Assembly: GCA_030141605.1 (NCBI GenBank)
Contig: JAQGDQ010002056.1
Coordinates: 1 to 16,483, forward strand
Origin: Tubiluchus corallicola
Lineage: Eukaryota > Animalia > Priapulida
Direction of reading: 5' to 3'
DNA: 16,483 bases
Numbering within the stretch: position 1 is the first letter of the stretch; each line of letters begins with the position of its first letter. The position numbers and the translations under genes are program-made. The notes below the pieces were generated by a model. That model saw only the letters and a list, made by a program, of their open reading frames with translations, was not told the DNA's origin and did no database searches. Below, one piece after another: positions 1 through 11,140 of the stretch.

Positions 1-93
1 GGTGATCATGACCACGTTATGGTTGAAACGTTGCAGACGACTGTGTTCGAATTTAGAATAAACAGCCACGTCTTTCCTTAAGCGGGTCCTGGC

Positions 94-372
94 AAAAATC
101 TCTGAGAATTCAACCAGTTCTCCATAATTCCCCTGACACGCTGTAACCTTCAAAAGCCCAGTTACCTGAATATTCCGTCTAAAGGCGCTCTGATAGCTTA
201 ATGAAAGAGTTATTAGCAGCAGTAATGCAGCAGACAGAAGCTATTTGGGTTAATTTCTCTATATTTGCTGCATTTGTTTGGCTTCAATGGTGAGTAAGGC
301 GTAGGGCATATCCACGATTTGGGTGTCACGTTTCACAAGTTTAACTTTGCAAATCGATGCACAAATCACCCC
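94..372 (+). repeat. Left arm of inverted duplication (flank shared with 5251-5461)
   Basis: 94-282 and 351-372 match the reverse complement of 5251-5461. By hand: about 8 substitutions and two 3-nt indels in ~186 nt; 283-350 is absent from the other arm. Confidence 0.9.
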
Positions 373-376
373 TTAA

Positions 377-927
377 AGGACAAGAAAAGGGGGTATCTGA
401 AGTAGGTTTCAGAAAAATCTCCTTAAAAAAATTATATTACTTTATAGCAATTTTATGCATATATCGTACTCGCGTTGAAAGGATTTTTTGTTTGTTTTTA
501 TTTTAAATTTTCCTCAGTACTGTTTCGACCACGCCATTACATGACGTCATATACGCACATCGAAAATCAGGCGAAGAACAGGAAATGTTAAACTATGTCC
601 CTAAAAACTTCCCGTGCAAATCTATATTAGTTAACATTTCGCTTACCTGCTGGAAAGACTTGTGTAACTACAAAAGAAAATTATTAGTTATTTAAAATGT
701 TTTCACCAATTGATAAAATGTCACTGGTTCCCCCTCCAGGGGGCGCCACTCACTAGCCATTTTTAATCTTATTGACAAGATACAGCAATTTAAAATTTTA
801 CTTAGTGACGTGGCTACTGCGAATGCTCTGATTATTTTTTCAAACTTTACTCAGTGTTAGCTAAACTTTTTTCAAATGACTTATCGTCAAAATGGCTGCG
901 TCTAACGGTCATTGCCGGAGCTTTTCC
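377..927 (+). mobile_element. Non-autonomous DNA transposon family A, copy 1 (Kolobok-like, approximately full length)
   Basis: Begins TTAA|AGGACAAG (TTAA at 373-376) and ends ...CCGGAGCTTTTCC, an imperfect inverse of the left end. Aligns by eye to the reverse complements of ~4720-5246 and 12678-13180. A TTAA target with AG terminus fits Kolobok rather than piggyBac (TTAA|CC). No coding capacity. Confidence 0.75.
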
Positions 928-1028
928 AGCTTTATGTAAGTGGGGGGTTTTATTGTGCTTTAAATCACGTTCGCTTTTACAAACCATTGCGGGTTCTCGT
1001 TGCATCTACTTGCATTGTGAATTAATAC

Positions 1029-1069
<41 letters not shown>

Positions 1070-1310
1070 TAATAATAATAATAATAATATTAGTTGCAAT
1101 AGCAACAACGACAACAAAAACAACAACTATGACAACAACAACAACAATGATGAGAGCGACAATGACAACAACAACAACAACAACGACGACAACAAGAACA
1201 ACATCAACATCAATTACAACAACGACGACAACGACAACAACAACAACAACGACGATGACGACAACAACAACAGTGACGACAATGACAACGACAACAACAA
1301 CAACAACGAT
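1029..1310. repeat. Compound microsatellite (AAT)n followed by (AAC/GAC/GAT)n
   Basis: Read directly from the sequence; explains ORFs 960..1334 and 1066..1338. Confidence 0.97.
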
Positions 1311-1551
1311 AAAGTCGGCTTTTTCGATCAACAATTAACACAAGCTCCGAAGAGGGTCGACTATAAACAACAACCTACAACTACATAACAGAGACTATTA
1401 TTACCCCACTTTTACCCTAAATACCACTCGCCAGGCAGGGCAACAGCAGGTACCATTTTTAAAGTCTTTGGTACGACCCGGCCGCTGTATCGAACTCACG
1501 ACCTCCTAGACAGAAAGCAAACGCGTTACCACTAAACTAAACCGTCTGGTC
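1311..1551 (-). mobile_element. tRNA-derived SINE
   Basis: Minus strand: A box TAGTTTAGTGG (1539-1529) and B box GAGTTCGATAC (1497-1487) at tRNA-like spacing. Then GGGTCGTACCAAAGACTTTAAAAATGGTACCTGCTG, a SINE central-domain-like segment, and a 3' end abutting a simple-repeat tail. Confidence 0.8.
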
Positions 1552-1770
1552 GAGCCGGTCAATAATTGCTCATTATCGACACGGTTGGTGTATGTCCAAT
1601 ATTTTTATTTAAATTTATTGACAATTATTAAAATTACAAGATAAAATCAAATAAAAAATAATAATAAAGATGTGGATGTCTACACACTAGTACTATATAG
1701 TAATTGTTCACACCACGTACACTTTACTATTCGTTACCGTTTCCTTTAATTACAGAAAAACAATCTGCAA

Positions 1771-2391
1771 AGCAAAACCGGATCCAATCTTAAACTGTAG
1801 GTCAAAACAATCTACTCTTTAAAATATTGAAAGGAAACATACTATTTTTTTTCAAAAATGACTTACATGAAAGAATTATTACCACACAAATACAATTTCA
1901 TGTTCACGCCACTAGTTCTTCACTGCTACATGCATTTCGCTATTCGCTAGTTAGACGGGCACTAGCGCCTGCATTTAGGAAACGCATTGCACAAAAAACA
2001 GGTGCTGTACCTCTCAGTTCAGATGAATTAGTTAGTGAGGAACTACACACGTTCGAAGACTCATGCGTGAGTACAATGATAAATTTGAATTTTTATCTTA
2101 AAACTCGCCTAGTTTTAGTACAACACACTGAATATCTTACAGTAGCACTGTACTTCAATTTTCGCTTTCGCAAACACGTGCTACACCATCGTGGAATATT
2201 TTTGCTGTTGAAAATTATGTTAGTTTGTGATGTGATCACTAGTTGGACATCGCCCACCGTTAACTATGATGCCAATCTATTATTTAGTTATCAGAAACGC
2301 TTTTGCAGTATTATTGGAGTCAAAATATAAACTTTTTAACGTACTTCAAAATGGCGTAGTACAAGTATATGAAAAATCATTCACTCTTCCT
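1771..2391 (+). mobile_element. Non-autonomous DNA transposon family B, copy 1 (Kolobok-like, ~620 bp)
   Basis: Starts AGCAAAACCGGATCC. 1771-2030 and ~2240-2390 align with the reverse complement of 11141-11508; the start also aligns with 16114-16190. The other copies show TTAA|AG termini, but the target sites here are decayed. Confidence 0.7.
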
Positions 2392-2707
2392 TGAACAGGT
2401 ACAACGCATTAATATCAGCTTCAAACAACTGCCTCATAGATACTAAATTATTATCAGTGCTATGTTTCACATGCTGTAATAGAACAAAGATAAAAAACAT
2501 GCTGTTCGATTTGAACGCTTACTTTATCACATGGGCACACTTTCCTGGTTCCTATCCTCTGTATATCAATTGGACTAGCACAAAGTGGCCCCGTCAAAAT
2601 TGGAGCTTAACCACTAACAATTTAGGACCATGAAAATGTGATTGGCAGTTATAAGATTATTCTTAGTAACACTTACTTATGGCTATTTTTGTAACAAAAA
2701 TTCACCT

Positions 2708-3176
2708 TCAGCAAACCTTCATCCACAAACGAAATGCAATTTTAACAAAGCTCTATCTGTTAAATACAAGTTAAACTCAATTTTAGTAAAACTCCGTCAG
2801 CAAACTAATCACAATTTTTACCAAGCCCCAGCCACAGATTAAATACAATTTTAATGAAACTCTACCACTTATTAGCATAATTTTAGTAAAGCCCCATCCA
2901 CAGACAAAATGTAATTTTAGCAAACCTCTTACCACAAACAATTTTAATATAGCTTCTCAGTGCCACAACTAAACACAATGTTTCCTGTCATAAACTAAGC
3001 AGAATTTTAGTAAAGCTTCATCCACAAACTAAACACAATTTTGTTAAGCTCCATCCACAGATTAAACGCAATTTTTAGCAAAACTGTCTCGACAAACTAA
3101 ACGAGTTTATTAAGCTCAAATAAACGAACAACATACTTTTAGTAAAGCTACATCCACAATTAAACACATTTTTAGT
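2708..3176. repeat. Old degenerate minisatellite, ~36-37 bp unit, ~13 copies
   Basis: Recurring approximate unit AATTTTAGTAAAGCTYCATCCACARAYTAAACAC. Confidence 0.85.
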
Positions 3177-3236
3177 TTTATCCAGAATTTATCGGGAGGC
3201 GAAAGATGAAAGGAACCTTCCACCATTAAGCATTTG

Positions 3237-3246
3237 GTCACGTGAC
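3237..3246. promoter_or_regulatory. Palindromic E-box GTCACGTGAC (USF/MiT-TFE CLEAR-type consensus)
   Basis: Perfect 10-bp match just upstream of a pyrimidine tract and the first candidate exon. Function not demonstrated. Confidence 0.35.
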
Positions 3247-4719
3247 ACGCTAACTTTCCTTTTCAGCTAGAAGGATGCGGTGAGTAGAGGTAATTTGTGT
3301 AAGAGTGTGCCACTCATTCACAGACAGTTGCCAATTGCCCTGACACAGACAAAGCAGATTCAAGTGAGGAAATTAGTCGAAGAGAAATAATTACGACTAA
3401 TCCCGAGATGACAAAGAGATCACCAAAATGGTCTAAAGCGAAAATGTCAACAGCTCTTGGGAGTGCTTGACTCATCGACGGGGGCAGGAGATTGAGGGTA
3501 CGTTTGGACGATTCTTAATTAAAATGAAGTTCTTTGTGCGTATGTGTTTTTCATTCACATATATGGAATAAAATATCAATTTATGTCACAACATATCGAA
3601 AATTATTTGGCTTTAAAAGATATATGAAATCTCTTCTGCTGAAATCTTACTTATAATGCATTTTTGGGTTTTGCCGATAGTCACAGTAAATCTCGCGACT
3701 GGTTATTTTGCAGTTTACATTTTCATACTTTTGCATCGTGTCTCTGCTGAACTTCTTTCTAATTCATTTCTTTCCTCTTTTTCTCTATCTCTGTCTATTA
3801 TTTTATCTTAACTACTCCCTGTTTTTCTATAATTCTCTCTCTTGCAAATTAAGTCTTTTTTTCACTTTTCATGGTGGTCTTACACGCTTTGCTTCTTGAC
3901 CACCATGCAGCATATATTTCCTGTTGATAAACTATTATGTAGTTTAGTAACTATATTAGTACACTTCTGTTAAATTTTTGTAATTATATTTTAAATTTTT
4001 TCCCTAACTATATCATGCTATAGTATACTAATGTACTTCTGTTACACTTATTGTAACAATATTTTATTTTCTAGTTATAGGGCATAATAGTTAAAGATAA
4101 TAATGCAAATTGTAATATAAAAAGACATGCTGAAGTGACAATAAATTACAAATTACTTTTGTTCAAATTTATTTTAAATCTCTGTTAGACTCTTGGGAGG
4201 AAGAAACTTTACAGCAAACACAAGCAAGAAATTTTTAGAAAAATATGGTGAGCATTAAATAGGAACAATAAATAAACTTGTGCAAAAGAAATTACAGGAA
4301 CCTAGTTAAGTTCGGACATGATGATGATGATGACGACGACGATACTTGACACTGACCTTCACCTTTCAGTGCGTGGGTTGTTATCCCACCCAAGGGTAAG
4401 GGGTGATTTGATACGTGAGTCACTTTTGCTACATTTTTCAACTTTTTCTACTTGGTTAATCGCCCAGTATGAAAAATATTCGCTCACCGAACGTCTGACA
4501 GTCTTCTGGTGAGAAATAATCACGAAAATGAAAGATGCTGGATGTGTAAAATCTTATGCTAATTAACTTACATTCTGTAATTTCGATCTGTAATTTTCAT
4601 CTGTGTAGAATAGTAATCAGTCTGAGGCAGTTAGGCAATTAAATCATTTCAAAGGTGATTTCTCAAGTCGAAAATCGAATAAAATGCGTCTAGACAACGC
4701 TTTACTGTGTTTTTAACGT

Positions 4720-5246
4720 CATTTTTTGACGATAAGTCATTTGAAAAAAGTTGAGCTAACACTTAGTAAAGTTTGAAAAAATAATCAGAGCATTCGTAGT
4801 ACCCCCGTCACTGAGTAAAATTTTAAATTACTGTATCTTGTCAATACGATTAAAAACACGTTTTTCGGTTAGTGAGTGGTGCACCCTGGAAGGTGAGCCA
4901 GCGACATTTTACCAATTGGTGAAAACATTTTAAATAACTAATAATTTACTTTTCTAGTTACATAAGTCTTTCCAGCAGGTAAACGAAATGCTAAGTAATA
5001 TAGATTTGCATGGAAAGTTTTTTGGGACATAATTTGACATTTCCTTTTCTTTCCCTGATTTACGTTGTGCGTATATGACGTCATGTAATGGCGTTGTTGG
5101 AACAGTATTGCAGAGGATTTAAAATGAAAAGAAACAAAAAATCTTCTCAACTCGAGTATGATATGCGCATAAAATTGTTAAAAAGTGCTATAGTTTCTTA
5201 AGGCGGTTTTTCTGGAACCTACTTCAGGTACCCCTTTTCTTGTCCT
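4720..5246 (-). mobile_element. Family A copy 2 (inverted, truncated at one end)
   Basis: Reverse complement of ~377-895; ends CTTGTCCT|TTAA (TTAA at 5247-5250). Homology is lost left of ~4720. Confidence 0.8.
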
Positions 5247-5250
5247 TTAA

Positions 5251-5461
5251 GGGGTGATTTGTGCATCAATTTGCCAAACAAATGCAACAAATATAGAGAA
5301 ATTCACCCAAATAGCTTCTGTCTGCTGCATTACTGCTAATAACTCTTTCATTAAGCTATCAGAGCGCCGCCTTTAGATGGAATATTCAGGTAACTGGGGT
5401 TTCGAAGGTAACAGGGTGTCAGGGGAATTATGGAGAACTGGTTGAGTTCTCAGAGATTTTT
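5251..5461 (-). repeat. Right arm of inverted duplication (flank shared with 94-372)
   Basis: Reverse complement of 94-372 with a ~68 bp deletion; contiguous with family A copy 2. Confidence 0.9.
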
Positions 5462-6776
5462 AATACATTTTCCATAAAATGACTGCGGCTTGTGCTAGCC
5501 TATATGAACCTGGCCGTAATGATCCACTAAAAGGAGCTATGCGAGACGTGTTATTGACTGGAGACCCCATGGTTTCAGTATATTTCACATATCAGCCTTC
5601 CATCAAAGTTTCAAGAATACTGGGTACCACAAGGCCAAGTATCTATCAGTTCACAGCTGCCGAGCATCTTAGTAAGTCTGTATAACATTTATAGGTATGT
5701 CATTTATTTCCCATGATATTAAGCGCTAATGCAAAACCAATGTTGCATTACAGTTGATTAAGAGGTATTTAGGAAGATAATTTCTACCTGACATTTTGTA
5801 AGTCATGAGTATTAGAGCCCAGAGCATAAAAGGCTCTCTGAATACAACCGTTATTACAAAAAATGTTATGCATTAATAATGAATGAAATTCTGTGCGCCA
5901 CATTTTACCGGTACATGCTCTCACTAGGGGGTTGGCAAGCACCCAACTCAAGTTAGACTAACTTGGTGAAGAGTGCGTTTCAGTTGAACACGGATGGTTG
6001 CTTTTGTCAGACGTTTGCAAAAGTTCTCAAACAGGTTTCCAACAGATTATTTGAATGTAATTGGACCTTGAAAGATGCAACTGTGGAACACTTTAGGTCT
6101 ACTGCACTTGGACAACTAGAATACGCGTGTGTCAACGTTTTAAGTGTATTGGTTCAAACATGTTTTACACCGCAAGCGTCCTCTCACACCATGACGGTGT
6201 TTTGGGCACATTGCTTTCGTGCAACTGAGTTAGCTTAACCCTTCATGAATTATACATCATAAGCACGTATTTGTCCAACTTCTTCAAGCGAACAGAAGAT
6301 TGGAAACTCTCTGAGCTGCATGATTCTCCCATTATGCGCATATTCTGGCTTCAAAAGCTTTTGACTCTGTAATTCACTTTGCAAGAGAAGCCGGTTCTTC
6401 TGTTGTTAGTGGTTAAACCTCTTCCTGGGGCACGTAATTGCTGTTATTTTGGTCACTCGTGCCGTACTGCAAAATTGCCCATCAATGATCCATGATCGCC
6501 ATTTACTGGACCTTTTATAATGGTCATGCTACATTACCCTGGAAGCTGCAGAAGCTCCAAGAGAAGACGTATATGGGTGCAGTCAGTATAACTAAAGTAA
6601 CGCTTGATGATGATGATCGAACCCATGGGAATAATTATTTTGTCTGTGCACCTAAGCGAGCAAAAATTATGAAAATAGCAGGCTTAATCACCATTATCTG
6701 AGCTATCTATCTTATGTTATGTCCTGGAAAAAAACGGAAAAAACAGAGCACAGCAACAACAACAGCTGCTGCCATT

Positions 6777-9474
6777 CTGTAAATATATAGCATTGCTTCA
6801 GTAAGTACTTGTTGATGCAGTAAATGTGCAACACTGTTTCAGTAACTAGTATATGTTGATGCAGTAAATGTACAACACTGTTTCAGTAACTAGTATATGT
6901 TGATGCAGTAAATGTACAACACTGTTTCAGTAACATGTACATGTTGATGCAGTAAATGTACAACACTGTTTCAGTAACTAGTACTTGATGATGCAGTAAA
7001 TGTACAACACTGTTTCAGTAACTAGTACTTGTTGATGCAGTAAATGTACAACACTGTTTCAGTAACTAGTATATGTTGATGCAGTAAATGTAGAACACTG
7101 TTTCAGTAACTAGTACTTGTTGATGCAGTAAATGTAGAACACTGTTTCAGTAACTAGTATATGTTGATGCAGTACATGTACAACACTGTTTCAGTAACTA
7201 GTACATGTTGATGCAGTAAATGTACAACACTGTTTCAGTAACTAGTACATGTTGATGCAGTAAATATACAACACTGTTTCAGTAACTAGTATATGTTGAT
7301 GCAGTAAATGTACAACACTGTTTCAGTAACTAGTACTTGTTGATGCAGTAAATGTACAACACTGTTTCAGTAACTAGTATATGTTGACGCAGTAAATGTA
7401 CAACACTGTTTCAGTAACTAGTACATGTTGATGCAGTAAATGTACACCAATGTTTCAGTAACTAGTACTTGATGATGCAGTAAATATACAACACTGTTTC
7501 AGTAACTAGTACATGTTGATGCAGTAAATGTACAACACTGTTTCAGTAACTAGTACTTGTTGATGCAGTAAATATACAACACTGTTTCAATAACTAGTAT
7601 ATGTTGATGCAATAAATGTACAACACTGTTTCAGTAACTAGTGTATGTTGATGCAGTAAATATACAACAATGTTTCAGTAACTAGTATATGTTGATGCAA
7701 TAAATGTACAACACTGTTTCAGTAACTAGTGTATGTTGATGCAGTAAATGTACAACACTGTTTCAGTAACTAGTGTATGTTGACGCAGTACATGTACAAC
7801 ACTGTTTCAGTAACTAGTGTATGTTGATGCAATAAATGTACAACACTGTTTCAGTAACTAGTGTATGTTGATGCAGTAAATGTACAACACTGTTTCAGTA
7901 ACTAGTGTATGTTGATGCAATAAATGTACAACACTGTTTCAGTAACTAGTGTATGTTGATGCAGTAAATGTGCAACACTGTTTCAGTAACTAGTGTATGT
8001 TGATGCAGTAAATGTACAACACTGTTTCAGTAACTAGTGTATGTTGATGCAATAAATGTACAACACTGTTTCAGTAACTAGTGTATGTTGATGCAATAAA
8101 TGTACAACACTGTTTCAGTAACTAGTGTATGTTGATGCAATAAATGTACAACACTGTTTCAGTAACTAGTGTATGTTGATGCAGTAAATGTGCAACACTG
8201 TTTCAGTAACTAGTACATGTTGATGCAGTAAATGTACAACACTGTTTCAGTAACTAGTACATGTTGATGCAGTAAATGTATAACACTGTTTCAGTAACTA
8301 GTACTTGTTGATGCAGTAAATGTACAACACTGTTTCAGTAACTAGTACATGTTGATGCAGTAAATGTACAACACTGTTTCAATAACTAGTGCATGTTGAT
8401 GCAATAAATGTACAACACTGTTTCAGTAACTAGTGCATGTTGATGCAGTAAATGTGCAACACTGTTTCAGTAACTAGTACTTGTTGATGCAGTAAATGTA
8501 CAACACTGTTTCAGTAACTAGTACATGTTGATGCAGTAAATGTACAACACTGTTTCAGTAACTAGTACTTGTTGATGCAGTAAATGTACAACACTGTTTC
8601 AGTAACTAGTACATGTTGATGCAGTAAATGTAGAACACTGTTTCAGTAACTAGTACTTGTTGATGCAGTAAATGTAGAACACTGTTTCAGTAACTAGTAT
8701 ATGTTGATGCAGTACATGTACAACACTGTTTCAGTAACTAGTACATGTTGATGCAGTAAATGTACAACACTGTTTCAGTAACTAGTACTTGTTGATGCAG
8801 TAAATGTACAACACTGTTTCAGTAACTAGTATATGCTGATGCAGTAAATGTACAACACTGTTTCAGTAACTAGTACTTGTTGATGCAGTAAATGTACAAC
8901 ACTGTTTCAGTAACTAGTACTTGTTGATGCAATAAATGTACAACACTGTTTCAGTAACTAGTGCATGTTGATGCAGTAAATGTACAACACTGTTTCAGTA
9001 ACTAGTATATGTTGATGCAGTAAATGTACAACACTGTTTCAGTAACTAGTACATGTTGATGCAGTAAATGTACAACACTGTTTCAGTAATTAGTACATGT
9101 TGATGCAGTAAATGTAGAACACTGTTTCAGTAACTAGTACTTGATGATACAGTAAATATACACCACTGTTTCAGTAACTAGTACTTGTTGATGCAGTAAA
9201 TGTACAACACTGTTTCAGTAACTAGTAAATGTTGATGCAGTAAATGTACAACACTGTTTCAGTAACTAGTACATGTTGATGCAGTAAATATACAACAATG
9301 TTTCAGTAACTAGTACTTGATGATGCAGTACATGTACACCAATGTTTCAGTAACTAGTACTTGATGATGCAGTAAATATACGCCACTGTTTCAGTAACTA
9401 GTACTTGATGATGCAGTAAATATACACCACTGTTTCAGTAGTACTTGCTGGTGTAATAAATTGATACAACACTG
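6777..9474. repeat. 44-bp minisatellite, ~61 copies
   Basis: Unit TTTCAGTAACTAGTAYWTGTTGATGCAGTAAATGTACAACACTG. Register is constant (same phase at 6841, 7501, 8161, 8821) and both edges are degenerate. Confidence 0.98.
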
Positions 9475-9813
9475 CATTCTGACACTTTTACGCCTTTAAT
9501 TAACCTTTACGGATAATTCTGCCCGAATGTTTCAAAGCTTCTTAAGCAGAAAGTGCTTTTATCATCAAGCAAAGTTGAATCTGTAGGGACTACAACAAGA
9601 CCCTGATTTATTTATAGTCTGCAAAGACAGGAAAATAAAGCTAATCATAATGGGCTTCGCGACAACTTACTTTGATCTTTAACTACCTCCCTGCAGCGCC
9701 AGAATAATTGCCGCTTATTATTGAGAAAGATTGCCAACTTCTATGAGATTCTTGGTATTCAAAATTTCTGAATGTTCACGCTCGTGTTGTAACTGGACCC
9801 AGGAAAGTAATAT

Positions 9814-10488
9814 CTAACCGACTGAACAACTGATTGACTAATCGACTGACCAACTGACTAACCAATCAACTGACTTAAGAGATTGACTGGCTAGTTGATA
9901 GGCAAATTGAATGATTGGCAGATAACTGCTGAGTTACTTACTGACAGGTTGACAGACTGATTTAATGACTGCTGGGAGTGATTGAATTAAAGAGCGAATT
10001 AATGAATTATTTATGAAGTGAACGAACGAATGAATGAATAATCTATGAAGTGAACGAACGAATGAATGAATGAATAAGTAAATGAATGAATGAATGAATG
10101 AATGAATGAATGAATGAATGAATGAATGAGTGAGTAAATGAGTCAACGAATGAGTGATGAAAGAATGTACAAACGAATGAGCGAATGAATGAGTGATGAA
10201 TGAAAGAATAAATGAATAAGTTAATGAACGAACGAACGAACGAACGAACGAACGAACGAACGAACGAACGAATGAACAAATGAATGATCGAACAAAAAGA
10301 AATAATTAATTCGAATTAACTAATTAATTAACGAGTTAACGAATTAATTAACGAATTAACGAATAAATAAATTAATTAATTAGTAAGTGAATGAATGGAC
10401 GAACAAATGAACGAACGAACAAGTGATTGAACGGACGAATGAACGAAAGAACGAATGAATCAACGAACGAATAAACTAACTAATAAAT
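9814..10488. repeat. Compound tetranucleotide microsatellite region: degenerate (ACTG/ACCA), (GAAT)n, (GAAC)n, (TAAT)n
   Basis: Read directly from the sequence; explains the HSFI/RSFV ORFs. Confidence 0.93.
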
Positions 10489-10842
10489 GAGTACATCACG
10501 ACTGTTTATTATACAACAAATCATCTTACTTGCGTGACTTGACTGAGCAATAAATCAAACGTTTCATTTACAAAATGACCCCATTTTCGACTTTGAACTG
10601 TTACGACAGGAAACAATTGACACTGATTAAAACGGAGGGTTATTAATGAAGTAGGTTTAAGAGACGGACAAGCACCAAATTAATTTTCAGTAAATTATCT
10701 GCGGGAGACGGACGTTCAGTTAAATCGTTTGACTTTCACAAACTAGTCAGACATAACAGTCATTATAATGCTGGTTTATTGCAGGCTGCTGCTGTTGTCA
10801 ACTTGTGGTCTAGTTGCTGTGGCTGTTACTGTCCGCGATAGT

Positions 10843-11109
<267 letters not shown>

Positions 11110-11140
11110 GAGGATAAACAGGAACAACAAACAACTTGAA

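Larger units (their letters stand above)
3267..5797 (+). other. Candidate spliced transcript made of short exons (product unrecognised)
   Basis: AG/GT-bounded segments at 3267-3279, 4189-4247, 4370-4395, 4468-4508, 5596-5671 and 5754-5797. Most acceptors are pyrimidine-rich and all donors are GTRAG-type. The frame from the ATG at 3275 stays open through the 5596-5671 exon. Confidence 0.35.

Noticed and set aside
960-1338. Poly-Val/Ile and poly-Thr ORFs
   Set aside because: Translations of a microsatellite.
1480-1551. Functional tRNA gene
   Set aside because: A and B boxes are present, but there is no good acceptor stem or adjacent Pol III terminator and the sequence continues into a SINE body.
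1827-2330. 167-aa ORF as a transposase or gene
   Set aside because: TTG start, no recognisable motifs, and it lies within family B, whose other copy has large deletions across it.
3708-3899. Hydrophobic 63-aa ORF
   Set aside because: By-product of a T/C-rich low-complexity tract, with a TTG start.
94-5461. Single 5.4-kb foldback or autonomous transposon
   Set aside because: No outer target-site duplication, no transposase in the spacer, and the arms are unevenly diverged.
5963-6701. Decayed tyrosine recombinase or other pseudogene (HFRSTA motif)
   Set aside because: Only a superficial resemblance; other catalytic motifs are absent and nothing was recognisable in the frames I read.
6777-9474. 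CRISPR array
   Set aside because: Contiguous tandem units with no unique spacers, no cas genes, and a eukaryotic context.
9934-10279. HSFI/RSFV repeat ORFs
   Set aside because: Tetranucleotide microsatellite artefacts.
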